A stretch of 64,000 bases of DNA. Source: Octopus vulgaris (Eukaryota). This document shows, piece by piece, positions 15,122 to 29,138 of this stretch (position 1 is its first letter; each line of letters begins with the position of its first letter). The position numbers and the translations under genes are program-made. The stretch covers positions 6,820,001 through 6,884,000 of the forward strand of contig OX597839.1 of the NCBI GenBank assembly GCA_951406725.2, written 5' to 3'. The notes beneath the pieces are model-generated. The model did not search any database. It saw only the letters and a program-made list of their open reading frames with translations, and was not told the DNA's origin.

Positions 15122-15382
15122 TGTTCATGTAGAGAAAAATAAAAATGCCCATTGATTAACCTGTGTATGAATTCAAATCTTGTATATAAATGTACTGTGT
15201 ACCCAAGGAGAGGGCCGTATGTTTACATTGGGGCAACGCCTGATTCATTCAAGTATCGTTATCACAGCCATGTCGCCAGTTTCAAGAATATCAACAAGAG
15301 ACATTCTACATCTTTGGCCGACTTTGTGTGGTGACTTAAGGAAGAGATAATTAAGTATAACATAACTTGTCCAGTATTGATA
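15122..15382 (+). pseudogene. Penelope-like element GIY-YIG endonuclease fragment
   Basis: CSCREK*KCPLINLCMNSNLVYKCTVYPRRGPYVYIGATPDSFKYRYHSHVASFKNINKRHSTSLADFVW*LKEEIIKYNI: Cys-rich linker, VY..YIG, conserved R and H; two in-frame stops. Confidence 0.85.
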
Positions 15383-15552
15383 CTGGCAGGTAATATTTAT
15401 CTCCACTTAAACGTGGATGTTCTGTTGGAACAAACCATACTGCAGTAGATACCATGAAAGGAACTCTCATATTTACTTATGGTGCAAAATGCACGCGTGG
15501 TTATATCACTAGCGGCGGGATAAATCATTTCCGTCAGCTCAAGGGCCGAGAT

Positions 15553-15597
15553 CACCAGATCACAGGATTTTGACCTTCTTTGCTCCCATCAATGATG
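15553..15597 (-). ncRNA. Decayed hammerhead motif
   Basis: Reverse complement catca TTGATGG gagcaaagaaggtc AAAA tc ctgt ga tc tggtg; stems I and III kept, core mutated; paralogue of 15905-15949. Confidence 0.5.
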
Positions 15598-15904
15598 GAC
15601 ATTCGACCGCTAGAAATAGCAGCGACTCAACTCTCCGCTAGGGATATATAGGAAATCAGTGCTAGAATAGACACTGGTGTTGTGATTAGCCCTTGAGCTT
15701 GTTACAAAATGTATATTAGCGACAGAGATAGATATATACTGAGAGGTAATACTTAATCTCAATTAAACGTCGATGTTCTGTAAGAGAAAACCTTGACTGC
15801 AGTAGATAATATGTGAGTATCTCTCAAATAAGCTTTTGGTGCAAAATTCACTCGTTTGTATTGCTAACCGAGAGAGAAATCCCAGCCATTTTCATTGCCA
15901 AGAC

Positions 15905-15949
15905 CACCAGATCCCGTGATTTCGGCTTTCCTTGATCTCGTCAGTGATG
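15905..15949 (-). ncRNA. Type I hammerhead ribozyme motif, canonical core
   Basis: Reverse complement catca CTGACGA gatcaaggaaagcc GAAA tc acgg ga TC tggtg; stem I catca/tggtg, stem III atc/gat, AUC triplet; weak stem II. Confidence 0.7.
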
Positions 15950-16158
15950 AATGCTCGACCGCTGTGCTGGACGTAGCAGGGATTTATCTCCCCGTTAGCG
16001 ATATAAACAAGAGTGCATTTTGCACCAACTTAGTAAACGGATGAAGTAAACGAATGAAGTGATAAAGCAAAGTAGTGAAATGTTGATATAATCGACTGAA
16101 AAAACCTCGCAGGCTCTACTCTGACACACTCGTTGTCCAATGACTCGTTTCTCTTTTT

Positions 16159-16357
16159 CTCTTTTTACTTGTTTCAGTCATTTGACTGCGGTCATGCTGG
16201 AGCACCGCCTTTAGTCGAGCAAATCTACCAGAGGACTTATTCTTTGTAAGCCTGGTACTTATTCTATCGGTCTCTTTTGCCGAACCGCTAAGTCACGGGG
16301 ACGTACACACACACCAGCATCGGTTGTCAAGCGATGTTGGGGAGACAAACACAGAGA

Positions 16358-16442
<85 letters not shown>

Positions 16443-16598
16443 GCATATGCATATATACGACAGGCTTCTTTCAGTTTCCGCCTACCAAATCCACTCACAA
16501 GGCTTTTGTCGGCCCGAGGCTATAGTAGAAGACACTTGCCCAAGATGCCACGCAGTAGGACTGAACCCGGAACCATGTGGTCGGTAAGCAAGCTACTT
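16159..16598 (-). mobile_element. SINE family B, near full length
   Basis: Both modules plus the internal (CA)n(TA)n tract. Confidence 0.9.
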
Positions 16599-17919
16599 TA
16601 TTTCATAACATTTGCCATAAAGGCAGTACATAGAGTAAGTTAGCTTTGCGGGCTGGACGAGGACATTAATGAAATGAATGATAATGAAAGAAAGATGATG
16701 GGGATGGGAGAAGACAAAAAGCGCCCGCCGACTTCTGCTTCTCTAAAACATTGTTTTTTTAAAAAACAAACACAAAACGAGGTATTAAACCACACAGCCG
16801 CTCCTGCGCCTATAATGACTAATAAAATAATTTATAAAAATCACTAATTATAACTGTAAAAGTGAAGTATCACTTGTGATGTCGGTTGTGGCGATGAGAC
16901 AAGCGGGAAAAGCAGGAGGTTACTTATTGTTTATTTATTTGTTTTACGGGAAATGATTTGGAAACCTCGTATCAAGTAGTGCTTATCTTTTCTTATTTGT
17001 ACTTCCGTTCAGATAGACCTGGTCCCCCCCCTCTCTCTCTCTCTCTCGTAATAATTACATACATACATTTAAGCACACATCCACTTATAAACACACACTC
17101 ACACACACACCTACATACAATTTTTATGATGTTCAATTACAAAAGTAACTGTATATCTATGCCAAATATCCTACAGACGGACATTGGGCACAGACACAAC
17201 GGAATCGAACCAAGATTCTGCGGTAGACCGTCGGCTACGGTGCTCAATGACTTTATCTTTTTGTTAAATAAAGAAGAAAGAAAATTCATTCCTTTATCGC
17301 TTGTAATTTTCAAAATCTCTAATTGCACGTTTATAAGCTGGCAACTCTCCCTAGTGATACGTACTACGTTATATCCCTGCGGTCCTTTCAACAGCTGAGG
17401 AGGTGTAGTTCGGTTTCTTCTGGGTCATTTTGCCCCGGTTTATTCCGTCGTGGAGTTATTATTTATAGCAACTTGGAAATTGAGACAAAGGTTACCTTAT
17501 TTCGCTGCTTTAAAATTCCATCTAAAAACAAACCAGCACATATAAAACTGACTGTGTTTATATATAGTAATATACAAAATGTGAAATATTAAAGGTACTT
17601 AAAAATATAATTATGTACGTTATGGCATCTAATGTCGTATCTGCGAAATTTCGCCTTAACTTTTGTCAAATGCAATGAACTTAATATCTATAAGAAATAT
17701 TGAATTTCTAAATCTCTCGTGGAGACCTGTACGGTGGTGGGGCGATAGAATGGTTGTATACTGTCAATCTAACAAGAACGTGACAGTAGGGGGTACACCA
17801 CCGTTGTATAGCCCTAGGAGGCATCGAACACCTCCTGACAGCTTCGACACATTTTTTCCCTGTATCCTTAAATACATATACGAAGGGGAGACAAACACCT
17901 CCAACCGCCAGAACTGCAT

Positions 17920-17963
17920 CTAGGGACACCGTGTTTCAGGATCATTGTCTTTCATCGGCCTAG
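17920..17963 (-). ncRNA. Minimal type I hammerhead motif, CCGAUGA core
   Basis: Reverse complement ctagg CCGATGA aagacaatgatcct GAAA cac g gtg TC cctag; perfect 5-bp stem I, stem III acac/gtgt with 1-nt loop, GUC triplet. Confidence 0.75.
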
Positions 17964-18077
17964 CGTGCGTGTGTGCGTGTGCGTGTGTGTGCACGAATAT
18001 ATGTAAATATTCATACATTCACACGCATACATACATACATACATACATACATACTTACATACATATATATATAAGCA

Positions 18078-18220
18078 TGACGGGCTTCTTTCAGTTTCTG
18101 TCAACCGAATACCCTTGTAAGGCTTTGGTGGGCTAGTAACTATAGTAGAAGGCACCACACGGTGGAACTGGATCCGGAACCAAATGGCTGGGAAGCAAAC
18201 TTCTCACCACACAGCCACCC
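18078..18220 (-). mobile_element. SINE family B, 5' module
   Basis: gacgggcttctttcagtttc..aagcaaacttctcaccacacagcc. Confidence 0.8.
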
Positions 18221-18221
18221 C

Positions 18222-18259
<38 letters not shown>

Positions 18260-18262
18260 ACA

Positions 18263-18320
<58 letters not shown>

Positions 18321-18386
18321 ATTCAAATTTATAGAATGCAAAAGACGAAGACAGGTGAGGGAACAGCAAGCAGGTATATTAGTTTG

Positions 18387-18801
18387 AGCTGGCGAGCTGG
18401 AAGACACGTTAGCGCACCGGGCGAAATGCTTGGCGGTATTTCGTCTGCCGCTACAATCTGAGTTCAAATTCCGCCGAGGTCGACTTTGCCTTTCATCCTT
18501 TCGGGGTCGATTAAATAAGTACCAGTTACGCACTGGGGTCGATGTAATCGACTTAATACCTATGTCTGTCCTTGTTTGTCCCCTCTAAGTTTAGCCCCTT
18601 GTGGGTAATAAAGAAATAGGTATTTCGTCTGCCGTTACGTTCTGAGTTCAAATTCCGCCGAGGTCGACTTTGCCTTTCATCCTTTCGGGGTCGATTAAAT
18701 AAGTACCAGTTACGCACTGGGGTCGATGTAATCGACTTAATACCTATGTCTGTCCTTGTTTGTCCCCTCTGTGTTTAGCCCCTTGTGGATAATAAAGAAA
18801 T
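18387..18801 (+). mobile_element. SINE family A with a 184-bp internal tandem repetition and 15-bp TSD
   Basis: TSD aggtatattagtttg at 18372-18386 and 18802-18816; body repeated from ggtatttcgtctgccg at 18435 and 18619. Confidence 0.92.
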
Positions 18802-18838
18802 AGGTATATTAGTTTGTGGCTCGAGAAGAATGGAAAAG

Positions 18839-18876
18839 TCTTTGACGTTACGGGTATAAGTTCTTCGACAGAAAGG
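18839..18876 (-). ncRNA. Decayed hammerhead-like motif, CUGUCGA core (family Y)
   Basis: Reverse complement ccttt CTGTCGA a gaacttataccc GTAA cgt c aaaga; the host repeat (aaaagacgaag.caggtg..ttagt) matches 61232-61342. Confidence 0.5.
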
Positions 18877-18966
18877 GATGAGAGGAAGAAATGGAGAGAC
18901 AACGAATTAAAAAAAACGGAGAGGGAAAGGTATACAGGGATTAACAGTCCAACATGATATATATGT

Positions 18967-19009
<43 letters not shown>

Positions 19010-19214
19010 TGTGTTTGTATGACTGTCTGTGTTGATACTTGCTTAGGTGTACCCTCGCACAAATCTCCCCTTCACTAACATACCAATAAAATTTTGAACA
19101 CGAAAGTTTCGTTAGAGGTCCCTCGTAATCTATCATCATCGCTTTTTACCTGATTCATGACACAAATCTGCGACTATGGGGTAGGCAAAATATGGAGGCA
19201 GATAAAGTTGCTGT

Positions 19215-19425
19215 CTTCTTGTTTGTCGATGCGGATCCGTGGAACAAGCTGCCAGATGAGATGGTGAAGATGCCGACGACCGCTTTGTTCAAAGTCTCCC
19301 TTGACCTCAAGTGGCCTGAACTCTTTACATGAACACCACCATGTACATAACTCCATGTCCCCCTACATGGCCTTGCTTTTTGCTTTTTGAGCCAAAAAAT
19401 TAACTAACTAACTAACTAAGTAACA
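19215..19425 (+). mobile_element. CR1-like LINE 3' fragment
   Basis: DPWNKLPDEMVKMPTTALFKVSLDLKWPELFT* fits the CR1 ORF2 end WNxLPxxxVxxxxxxxFKxxLD; (CTAA)n tail at about 19400. Confidence 0.75.
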
Positions 19426-20087
19426 ACAGCGAGTTCAACGCCATTGAAATGCCTTTATTTTGTTGCAGTTGTTGATTAATCTAGATGTAAGCTAACTAAA
19501 CAGGTCTCGGTCGAAGATATCCCAACCTGAAAAGCGTAGCTTTTTATAAAGTGCAGGATTGAGATGAACAGACTATCCAACGTGCGTATCGTTATGATGG
19601 TGTAACGGCATCTTGTCAGCTGTTTCCAGCAGTCAAATCAACAGTAGATCCTAAACGCCATAGTTCATTTATATTTCAAGAAAATGAACTCTTTATCAAA
19701 AGAGGAATAGAGACTATAAGAAAAGAATTTGATGCATATCACACTTCTCAATTCGGAGCATTTGTAAAGCAAACGAAGCGCTTTCGAATGGGATCGAAAC
19801 CGACACATACAATCTCAGATCTAGAATAATCCAATTTTTAAATTTTATTTTGCCCTGCACTAAAAATGCCAGTATTCTCTTTCCGTTGTATGTTTTCATT
19901 ACATTTTATTACAGGCATGCAAATTTTTGAAATATTACTTTAAAAAAAACATCATATTTCAGTCTTGTTTTCCCATACATCATATTGCCCCGTTCCATAT
20001 CTGCCTGAGATTGTGAGTGTAATGAAGGAAAGGCTTTATTACGAATCCATACTTGATACTCTTCCACTATTAGCATATAATGAGAAA

Positions 20088-20134
<47 letters not shown>

Positions 20135-20595
20135 CGTACACATGATAGATATATAAAATGCTATATATATTAAATATATAATCATACACACACACGCACA
20201 CACACACACACATATATATATATATACCTTTACATATATATACATATATTTTTATATTAAATGCGTGTCTATATATGTGCTAAAATACGTTATATATACA
20301 TGTATATATATGCGTGTGTGTGTGCGTGTTAAAATATGATAAAGTATGTTATATATACATGCATACATACATACATACATACATACATACATACATACAT
20401 ACATACATACATACATACATACATACATACACACATACATACATATATATATATATAGCCTTGAATATATATCTTCACATTCAATGCATATATATATATA
20501 TGTTAAAATATGATATATATATGTATATATATATATACCTTTAAATATATATTTTCATATTAAATGTATATATATATATGTTAAATATGTTTTAT

Positions 20596-20628
<33 letters not shown>

Positions 20629-21198
20629 CACATATATATACATATATGTACATACTTTTATATATATGTATGTGTGCGTGCGTTTGTGTGTGTGTATGTG
20701 TGTGTGTTGTGTGTGTGTGTGTGTGTGTGTGTAGTAACGTGTGAATGACTTTATATGAATGTGTTCGCTTGGGTGTATCAATCGGCCTGGTTGTGTAGCA
20801 GGTGGAAAGATGGCGAAGCTTCTGGATTTCAAGGATTTTATACACTTTTTTATAGAAGGAAAAAAAGTGGAAACAAAAAAAAAACGTTAAAATATTTAAG
20901 TAAAAAATTACATCAACATTTTTGTTCCTTTATTATTTTTTTTTCTTGGATTAGAATATATTTTTTTGTTTTCTTAAAAATATTCTCAGCGAAATTGAAA
21001 TATTGTGAATTAAAATTAAATAATGAAACAAAGTAAAAAAAAAAAACAAAACCCCAAAAGACGAATATAAAATGAAATAAATAGTCTCAAAATATTTAAA
21101 AAATGCAAACAATATATATACATATATACAAAAATATCGAAATGCAACAGAAACTGAAACACGAAGACCCACCCCATTACCAGGAAAAAATAAAGGAC

Positions 21199-21201
<3 letters not shown>

Positions 21202-21259
<58 letters not shown>

Positions 21260-21280
21260 TAAAATTACAATAATCATTAC

Positions 21281-21321
<41 letters not shown>

Positions 21322-21341
21322 TAATAGTAATAATAATAATA

Positions 21342-21407
<66 letters not shown>

Positions 21408-21491
21408 ATGATTATAATGATAATAATTATAATAATAATAAAATAATAATCATTACAATGATAATAATGATAATAATAATATGACGACGAC

Positions 21492-21523
<32 letters not shown>

Positions 21524-21657
21524 TGATGATGAGGATGATGATGATGATGATGATGATGATTATGATGATGGTGATGATGATGATGATGATGATGATGATA
21601 ATTATGATGATGGTGTTGATGATGATGATTATGATGATGGTGATGATGATGATGATG

Positions 21658-21698
<41 letters not shown>

Positions 21699-21820
21699 AA
21701 TTATGATGATGGTGTTGATGATGATGAAGATGATGATGAGGATGATGATGATGAGGAGGATGATGACGACGATGATGACGACGACGACGACGACGATGAC
21801 AATGATGACGATGATGATGA
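21202..21820. repeat. (AAT)n/(TTA)n then (GAT)n microsatellites
   Basis: Directly visible. Confidence 0.95.
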
Positions 21821-22117
21821 TACAGAAAATAAAATGAAATAATATTTATAATGAAATAATCTCTCTTATACCAAGGGAATTGAAATTTCTGGTTCTATAA
21901 ATTTTAAAGGGACGATATTCTGATTCCTTTTATTGAAGGGATTTCATTTTATGCATTTAACTATTCCCATTTATTTTTGTTGGTATTTTTTTTCTTTTGT
22001 TTTGCTTTTCAGTTTTTAATATTGAGCTCGTTTTTATGTTAAGGTTTTTTTTATGTTTTCAGAAGATGTTTCGTTGAATATTAAGGGTTTGTTCAAATTG
22101 CAGTTGTTGTTGATGAT

Positions 22118-22165
<48 letters not shown>

Positions 22166-22329
22166 GGTTGTGCGTTGTTTTATTTTTCATACTACGGATG
22201 TAATAGAGAAAGACACAGGTTGGAATAAAATGATAAATAGGAAGAGGAAGAGAGAGAGAGAGAGAGTGAAAGAGAGAGAGAGAAAAGAGAAATGAAAAAT
22301 TATAGGTAATCAGATTGATTAATTGATTG

Positions 22330-22672
<343 letters not shown>

Positions 22673-22947
22673 GAAACACTGACAGGCAGAGAGGCCGGCC
22701 GGCCGGCCGATAGATAGTTAGATAGATAGTGAGAGAGAGAGGGGGAGAGAGAGGGAGAGAGAGAGAGAAATATGTGCGGTAAAGAGGGAGGCATACCTGG
22801 AAATCGGATGAATAGGGAAATAGGGAGGAATAGGGAAAAAGCGAGTGTGTATGGGCATGTGTGAGAGACAGTGTGCGTGCGTTTGTGTGCGTACGTGTGT
22901 GTGTGTGTGTGTGTGCGAGAAAGATATATATATATATATATTTACAT

Positions 22948-23018
<71 letters not shown>

Positions 23019-23353
23019 TGTATATACACATACATGTGTATATATGTATATATAGATGGTTGGATGGATGGAAGGAAGAAAGAGAGGCAGAAGGATAGAA
23101 AGAGCGGAGAGGGTGGAGGGTCACGGTGGGTTTCATCAAAATCGGTTGAAATTATTTATTTATTTATTTTATTTTTTGTTTAGTATTTCTGGTTAGACAA
23201 GACAGTTGTTAAAAAGAGTGAGCATAAAGTGAGCGGAAGTTGAGAAGTGAGTAAACGGAAGTTGCTGGAGTAGCAGCGGAAATAGCGGAAATCAGTGGAA
23301 GTATAACAATAATAACAATAACAACAACCACAACAACAGCAACAATAATAACG

Positions 23354-23404
<51 letters not shown>

Positions 23405-23732
23405 GTGAAAATAATAGCAACAATACTGTTGAAAATACTATTCAATAATGATAATTAAAATGGTAATGGTGATGGTGATGATGATGGTAGTGACTATAGA
23501 AAGCTTAACAACAACAACAACAACAACAGCAGCAACAACGACAACAAGTACAACATCAATAATATATCGCCGCTAACAACGTTTACCGTTATTGCTTTCA
23601 CGATGGATAAAATGCATTGGAGCGTCTGAGAAATTGCACGTTGATCATTTCGCATAGCAATTCTTCATGCAACGATTCTTCAACCATATTTATGTGCACA
23701 CTTGTGAACCATACGTATACATATACATATAC

Positions 23733-23794
<62 letters not shown>

Positions 23795-23858
23795 GCAGGC
23801 ATACATACATATCTATATCTATACACATTTATACATACATATATATATATATTTGTGT

Positions 23859-23892
<34 letters not shown>

Positions 23893-23940
23893 CATTCATA
23901 TATTTATGCATATATATATACATATACATACATACATATA

Positions 23941-23971
<31 letters not shown>

Positions 23972-24784
23972 CATATATATATATATATATATATATGTGT
24001 ATAGATAAATAGGTAGATAGTATATGCGTGTATGCGTGTATGGATATTTGCATGTATGTGTATATATATATGTATATATCTCTCTCTCTCTCTTTCTCTC
24101 TGTCCCCCTCTCTCTCTCTCTGTCTATCTGTCTATCTCTCTCTCTCTCTCTCTCTTTCTCTCTGTATATATATATATATATGAAATGGTTCTATGCACTT
24201 GTGTAAGCTTGTATAGATTTTTAAATATAAGTAGATACCCATCTATATACACATGCACATAATTGTATATGTATAACAACGTAATCATATATACACTTAT
24301 GTCTATATGAAACGCATATGTGTGTGTGGAAATGTACACTGGAAGACAAAAGAGGCTCGTATTTCACACATATACTGGTATATGTCTACCTTAGTGTACC
24401 TAATATAGTTGTGCATATATTGACTCTTATGTACCAAGTTGACGAATGAGCATCCAGAAATAACAGCTAAATTATTCTCGGTTGATACCGAATAGATTCA
24501 AACAGGTAAAAATCCAATAATTTGGACTCAGCACATACCAGGAAATTTAACAGATAGATCTGATCATATCACCATAAAACTGTAAAAAAAAGACCTGGTA
24601 AGTAAGTTATATGATTGTTGTTTTTCTTATGGCAGTTTCTTCGTGTCCGAATATCACGAAGAAATACAGCATACCTTTAATGTTTACCGATCCCTGACGC
24701 TGGTGCGCTTAGCGATTTTAAAATCAGAATCGGTCCATCTAATCTCAGTCCTTAAACTTGGAGATCTGACCACAGCGGCTCCAG

Positions 24785-24889
24785 TTTTTTAAGATCCACC
24801 TCTAAAAACGAAAGTGAGGATGGAGAAGGAATCTCCCAATAAATTCGTCGAAAGGTGAGTGAATGTGGCAAGAATGGTTCGAGTGAACG
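24785..24889 (+). mobile_element. Old fragment of the Tx1/L1-like LINE ORF end
   Basis: RKVRMEKE..FVER*VNVARMVRVN resembles RKVRVERQ..FKKRWVNVARMARMN at 47338-47423. Confidence 0.55.
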
Positions 24890-25030
24890 GGTTTCTTTCA
24901 GTTTCCGTCGACCAAAACCACTCTCACAAGGCTTTGGTCAGCCCAAGACACTTGCCCAAGGTGCCATGCAGTGAGACTGGACCCGGTACCTTGTGGTTGG
25001 GAAGCAAGCTTCGTTCCACACAGCTACGCC
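24887..25030 (-). mobile_element. SINE family B, 5' module
   Basis: ttctttcagtttccgtc..cacttgcccaaggtgcca..ccacacagc. Confidence 0.8.
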
Positions 25031-25086
25031 CTTGTGTATATATACATCCGTAGTTTTGTATATGTATGTATGTATGTATGTATGTA

Positions 25087-25201
25087 CAGTAATCCCACAT
25101 CGCCACTTCGCGGTTCGCCTATCGAGGTCTATTGTTTAAGTTTACGTCGATTCCTCCGTAGTGCTGTTTTGCATTTATAATAAAATAAATATATACAAAT
25201 T

Positions 25202-25245
<44 letters not shown>

Positions 25246-25247
25246 TT

Positions 25248-25280
<33 letters not shown>

Positions 25281-25366
25281 CATAGAGTACTGTATCTACC
25301 TCGCGGATTTTCACCTTTCGTTAGGGTTTTTGGAACATAGGACCCGCAATAGTCGAGGGATTACTA
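25087..25366. mobile_element. Tigger/pogo-like MITE
   Basis: TA-cagtaatccc..tcgcgg left end and cgcaatagtcgagggattacta-TA right end are imperfect TIRs; internal (AAT)n. Confidence 0.6.
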
Positions 25367-25554
25367 TATGTACGTATACGCAAACTTCATATATATGTAT
25401 TATGCACTTCTTGGAAAAGCTGTCTTTGCAGAAATATCGCACCTACCTATTTTGTATATATTTACTACGGGACATAAATCAGAATACATCTATGGAAATA
25501 ACATTTTATATAATGAGGAGAGTATATAACATAAATGTGCAGGCTTGTGGTGTA

Positions 25555-25805
25555 GGGATCGCGGGTTCGAATCTCTGACCGAGTGATGTGTGTGTTTATG
25601 AGCGAATCACCTAAGCTCCTCGCGGTTCCGACAGAAGGTAATGACGAAACTTCTGCTGACTCTTTCGCCACAACTTTCTCTCACTCTTTCCTCCTGCATT
25701 TTGCAGCTCACTTGCGACGGACCGGCATCCCGTCCAGGTGGGGTACCTATACGCCAAGAAACCGGGAAACCGGCCCTTATGAGCCAGGCATAGCTTGAGA
25801 AGGAC
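25555..25805 (+). mobile_element. tRNA-derived SINE family C, 5'-truncated
   Basis: gggttcgaatctc B-box; body matches 56896 and 40741 copies. Confidence 0.88.
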
Positions 25806-26784
25806 CCCCCCACCAAAGAAAATATAACATAAATACGTAGTGCCACAGCAATCGCTTATATGTCAAAATAAATAACTAAATCAAAAGATACAGCAATAAT
25901 TAAAATAAAAGAAAGAAAATGCGCAACACATATTGATGGATGCAAGATCAAAATGCAATATGAATAGCAAGCACTATTCTCGTACAGCCGAAAATATTAA
26001 TAATGAAATACATATAGAGGTTCATGCAGAGAATCACACACTGTCAAGCAGTATACATGCAAGCGCATACATGCAATGATAGGCGCACATACACACAGGC
26101 GTATAAACGCATAAGATATACATATAGACACGCTCGATGGATGTAATGGCGCGATGACAGTCGAGTCGGCTGCCGCACCACGCAACACCTCACTCGAAAA
26201 GAGAGACAAAAACTATGGCATTCATGGACTCTGCTCAGATGTAATGAAATAAAATAGATAAATAAATAAATGAATGAATGAAATAATGAAAATGAAAAGA
26301 ATAAGCATGAAAATATAGAAATAAAATATAATTAAAAAATGTCTGCCGGTTTGCTATTTTGCTCTCGATGAATGAAATGAACGCATGCGCATCTCCTCTC
26401 GTCCAACCGCGCGCTCACTGTCGCATATGCAACAAAATTATACTCAACAAAAAATATATTTAAAGTAATTGCAATCCCTTGTACGACGATCTCAATAACA
26501 CGGTGACACTGGATGTGCCACGTGGCTCCGCATATATTGTTGTAGTGTCAAACACCAATGATGTTTATTATGTTTTTTTTTATTAAAAATTGCTTCGAAA
26601 AAGGAAAAAAAACTATGTTCCACATTTCAATAAAAAATATGAATATAAATTATTTTACCATTTATTTTCTTCTTTAGTAATTTTAATGTTTTTTAGCTAT
26701 TACACACACACACACGCACACACACACGCACACACACACACACGCACACACACACACACGCACACACACACACACACGCACACA

Positions 26785-27138
26785 CATATGAATGCATATA
26801 TTCCCATACACCCACATATGTATGCATACACAGACATATACATATATATATATATTGCATACATACATATATATATGTGTGTGTGTATGTGCGTATATAT
26901 ATATATATATATATGTATGTGAGTGTGTATGTGTGTGTGCATAAATATGTATGCATATATTCACATACACCCACATATATATGCATACACAGACATATAT
27001 ATATATATATTGCATACATATATGTATGTGTGTGTATGTGCGTATATATATATATATGTATGTGTGTGCGTATGTGTGCGTGTAGGCATAAATATGTATG
27101 CATATATTCACATACGCCCACATATATATGCATACACA

Positions 27139-27183
<45 letters not shown>

Positions 27184-27227
27184 CATACATATATATGTAT
27201 GTGTGTGTGTGTGTATGTGCGTGTATA

Positions 27228-27300
<73 letters not shown>

Positions 27301-27322
27301 ATAAATATGTATGCATATATAT
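26785..27322. repeat. ~150-200 bp higher-order repeat of mixed TA/TG microsatellite
   Basis: atgcatatatt..cata..cccacatat..atgcatacacagacatat recurs at about 26792, 26951, 27098. Confidence 0.75.
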
Positions 27323-27686
27323 GTCTCTTTCTCCCTATGTGTGTGTATAGATATATTATACACACAGAAAGTTACTGAATGTAAAATGGACGATATTAAT
27401 GTGAAGTGAATTTCCCAATAACCCGCTATGAGTCACGTACCTTGGAGGACTCTCCGTGTATTTGCACGATCTGCTAGATACAACAGCAGAAATTCCCTCA
27501 AATTACATTCTGCTATCATAGGGAAAGAAGAACACATTTGATGATGTAGTCCAAGATGCACTACATGAAATCAACGTCAAAGATCAGTGCGATCAGGAAA
27601 TATCTGAAGCTAATCAACAACAATAATTATAATAAATCTTTCTGTAGGTTTAAGACCCACAGTTTGAAATCTGTACGTGTGCGCGC

Positions 27687-27754
<68 letters not shown>

Positions 27755-28444
27755 TAGAGAAAGTAGATTATTGCGACCTTAGTACTTGACTGTTACTTAT
27801 TCGGTCGAGCGCTAAAGTCTAATCTCACGCGGGAGAAATGCCGTTAAGCATTTCGTAAGGCGCTCTAAAGTTTCTGACCATTCGCCGCTTTAAACAATAA
27901 CAATGGCTTCAAACTTTGGTACAGGGCCACACACAGACACACAAACACATACACACACATACACACACACATACACACACACACACACATAATGATGAGG
28001 GAGATGATGATGATGATGGTGCCTTTCGTCGTTTTCGAGGTATGCAGATCCAGCACATCAAAAGGATGTGTTATAACACTATTCCACATATACAAAATCA
28101 GTCAAACCATCATCAGCTGCCTCACGGATATCATTATGGTTTTGACCCCTGGACAGTACCATTCAATCCGGTGGTGTCAACAGCACTATAATAAGTGTTG
28201 CTTGGGAACAAACAAACCAAAGAAACCACAACTTCCAAACATATTTACCCAATGTACAAGTGTATCGGTAAATAATTTCAAGTAAATTACAACCAGCTCC
28301 TAAATATGTAACTAAACAGCGACCAATTCATTAATCCATACAAAATTTATAATCCCTACTGTCTTCCGTATTTTAATATAAAAGTGAAAGCTTGATAATC
28401 AATTTCATTCAATTAATCAATTTATAGGTATGTGTGTGTGTGGG

Positions 28445-28495
<51 letters not shown>

Positions 28496-28722
28496 GAAAA
28501 TAGTAATTTACGAGAGTATTGCTTTCCAAAGAATTTGTGAGGTTTAAAAAAGCAATAAAAAAAACAAACCGTTTCCTGGACACGATAGCACGTGATCTCT
28601 AGCTTCACTAGGCATGTAGCTAGTAAAGATGTGTTGTCTCTGACGTGAATTTGTCTTACCCAGGTATGAACCGAATTATCCATAATAACGGATAATTCAT
28701 TCAACTACTATATATATATATG

Positions 28723-28791
<69 letters not shown>

Positions 28792-28865
28792 GCCACATCT
28801 ATACCAGTGTGTATGTATTTGTATGTATGTATGTATGTATGTATGTATGTATGTATGTATGTATA

Positions 28866-29034
28866 CGACGGGCTTCTTTTAGTTCCCGTCTGCAAAATCC
28901 CTTCACAAATCTTTGGTAGGCCCGAGGGTATAATAGAAGATAAGACACTTACGGAATGTGCCACGCAGTTGGATTGAACCTGGAACCAGGTGGGTGGGAA
29001 GCAAGCTTCTTACCACACAGCTATGCCTGCGCCT
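28866..29034 (-). mobile_element. SINE family B, 5' module
   Basis: cgacgggcttc..ttaccacacagctatgcctgcgcc. Confidence 0.8.
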
Positions 29035-29138
29035 ATATGTATGTTTGTATACACACACACACACACACACGTACACACACATATATATGTATGTATGTAC
29101 GTACGTATGCCTTTATGTATGTAGATATCTATGTGTGT

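Larger units (their letters stand above)
15387..16007 (-). repeat. Two diverged tandem copies (~352-356 bp period), each carrying a hammerhead motif
   Basis: aggtaat..ttaaacgt.gatgttctg..ctgcagtagata..ggtgcaaaat..caccagatc..tcgaccgct repeated at about 15387 and 15743. Confidence 0.8.

Noticed and set aside
21202-21407. (AAT)n followed by (TTA)n forming a hairpin
   Set aside because: Simple microsatellite strand switch; no sign of function.
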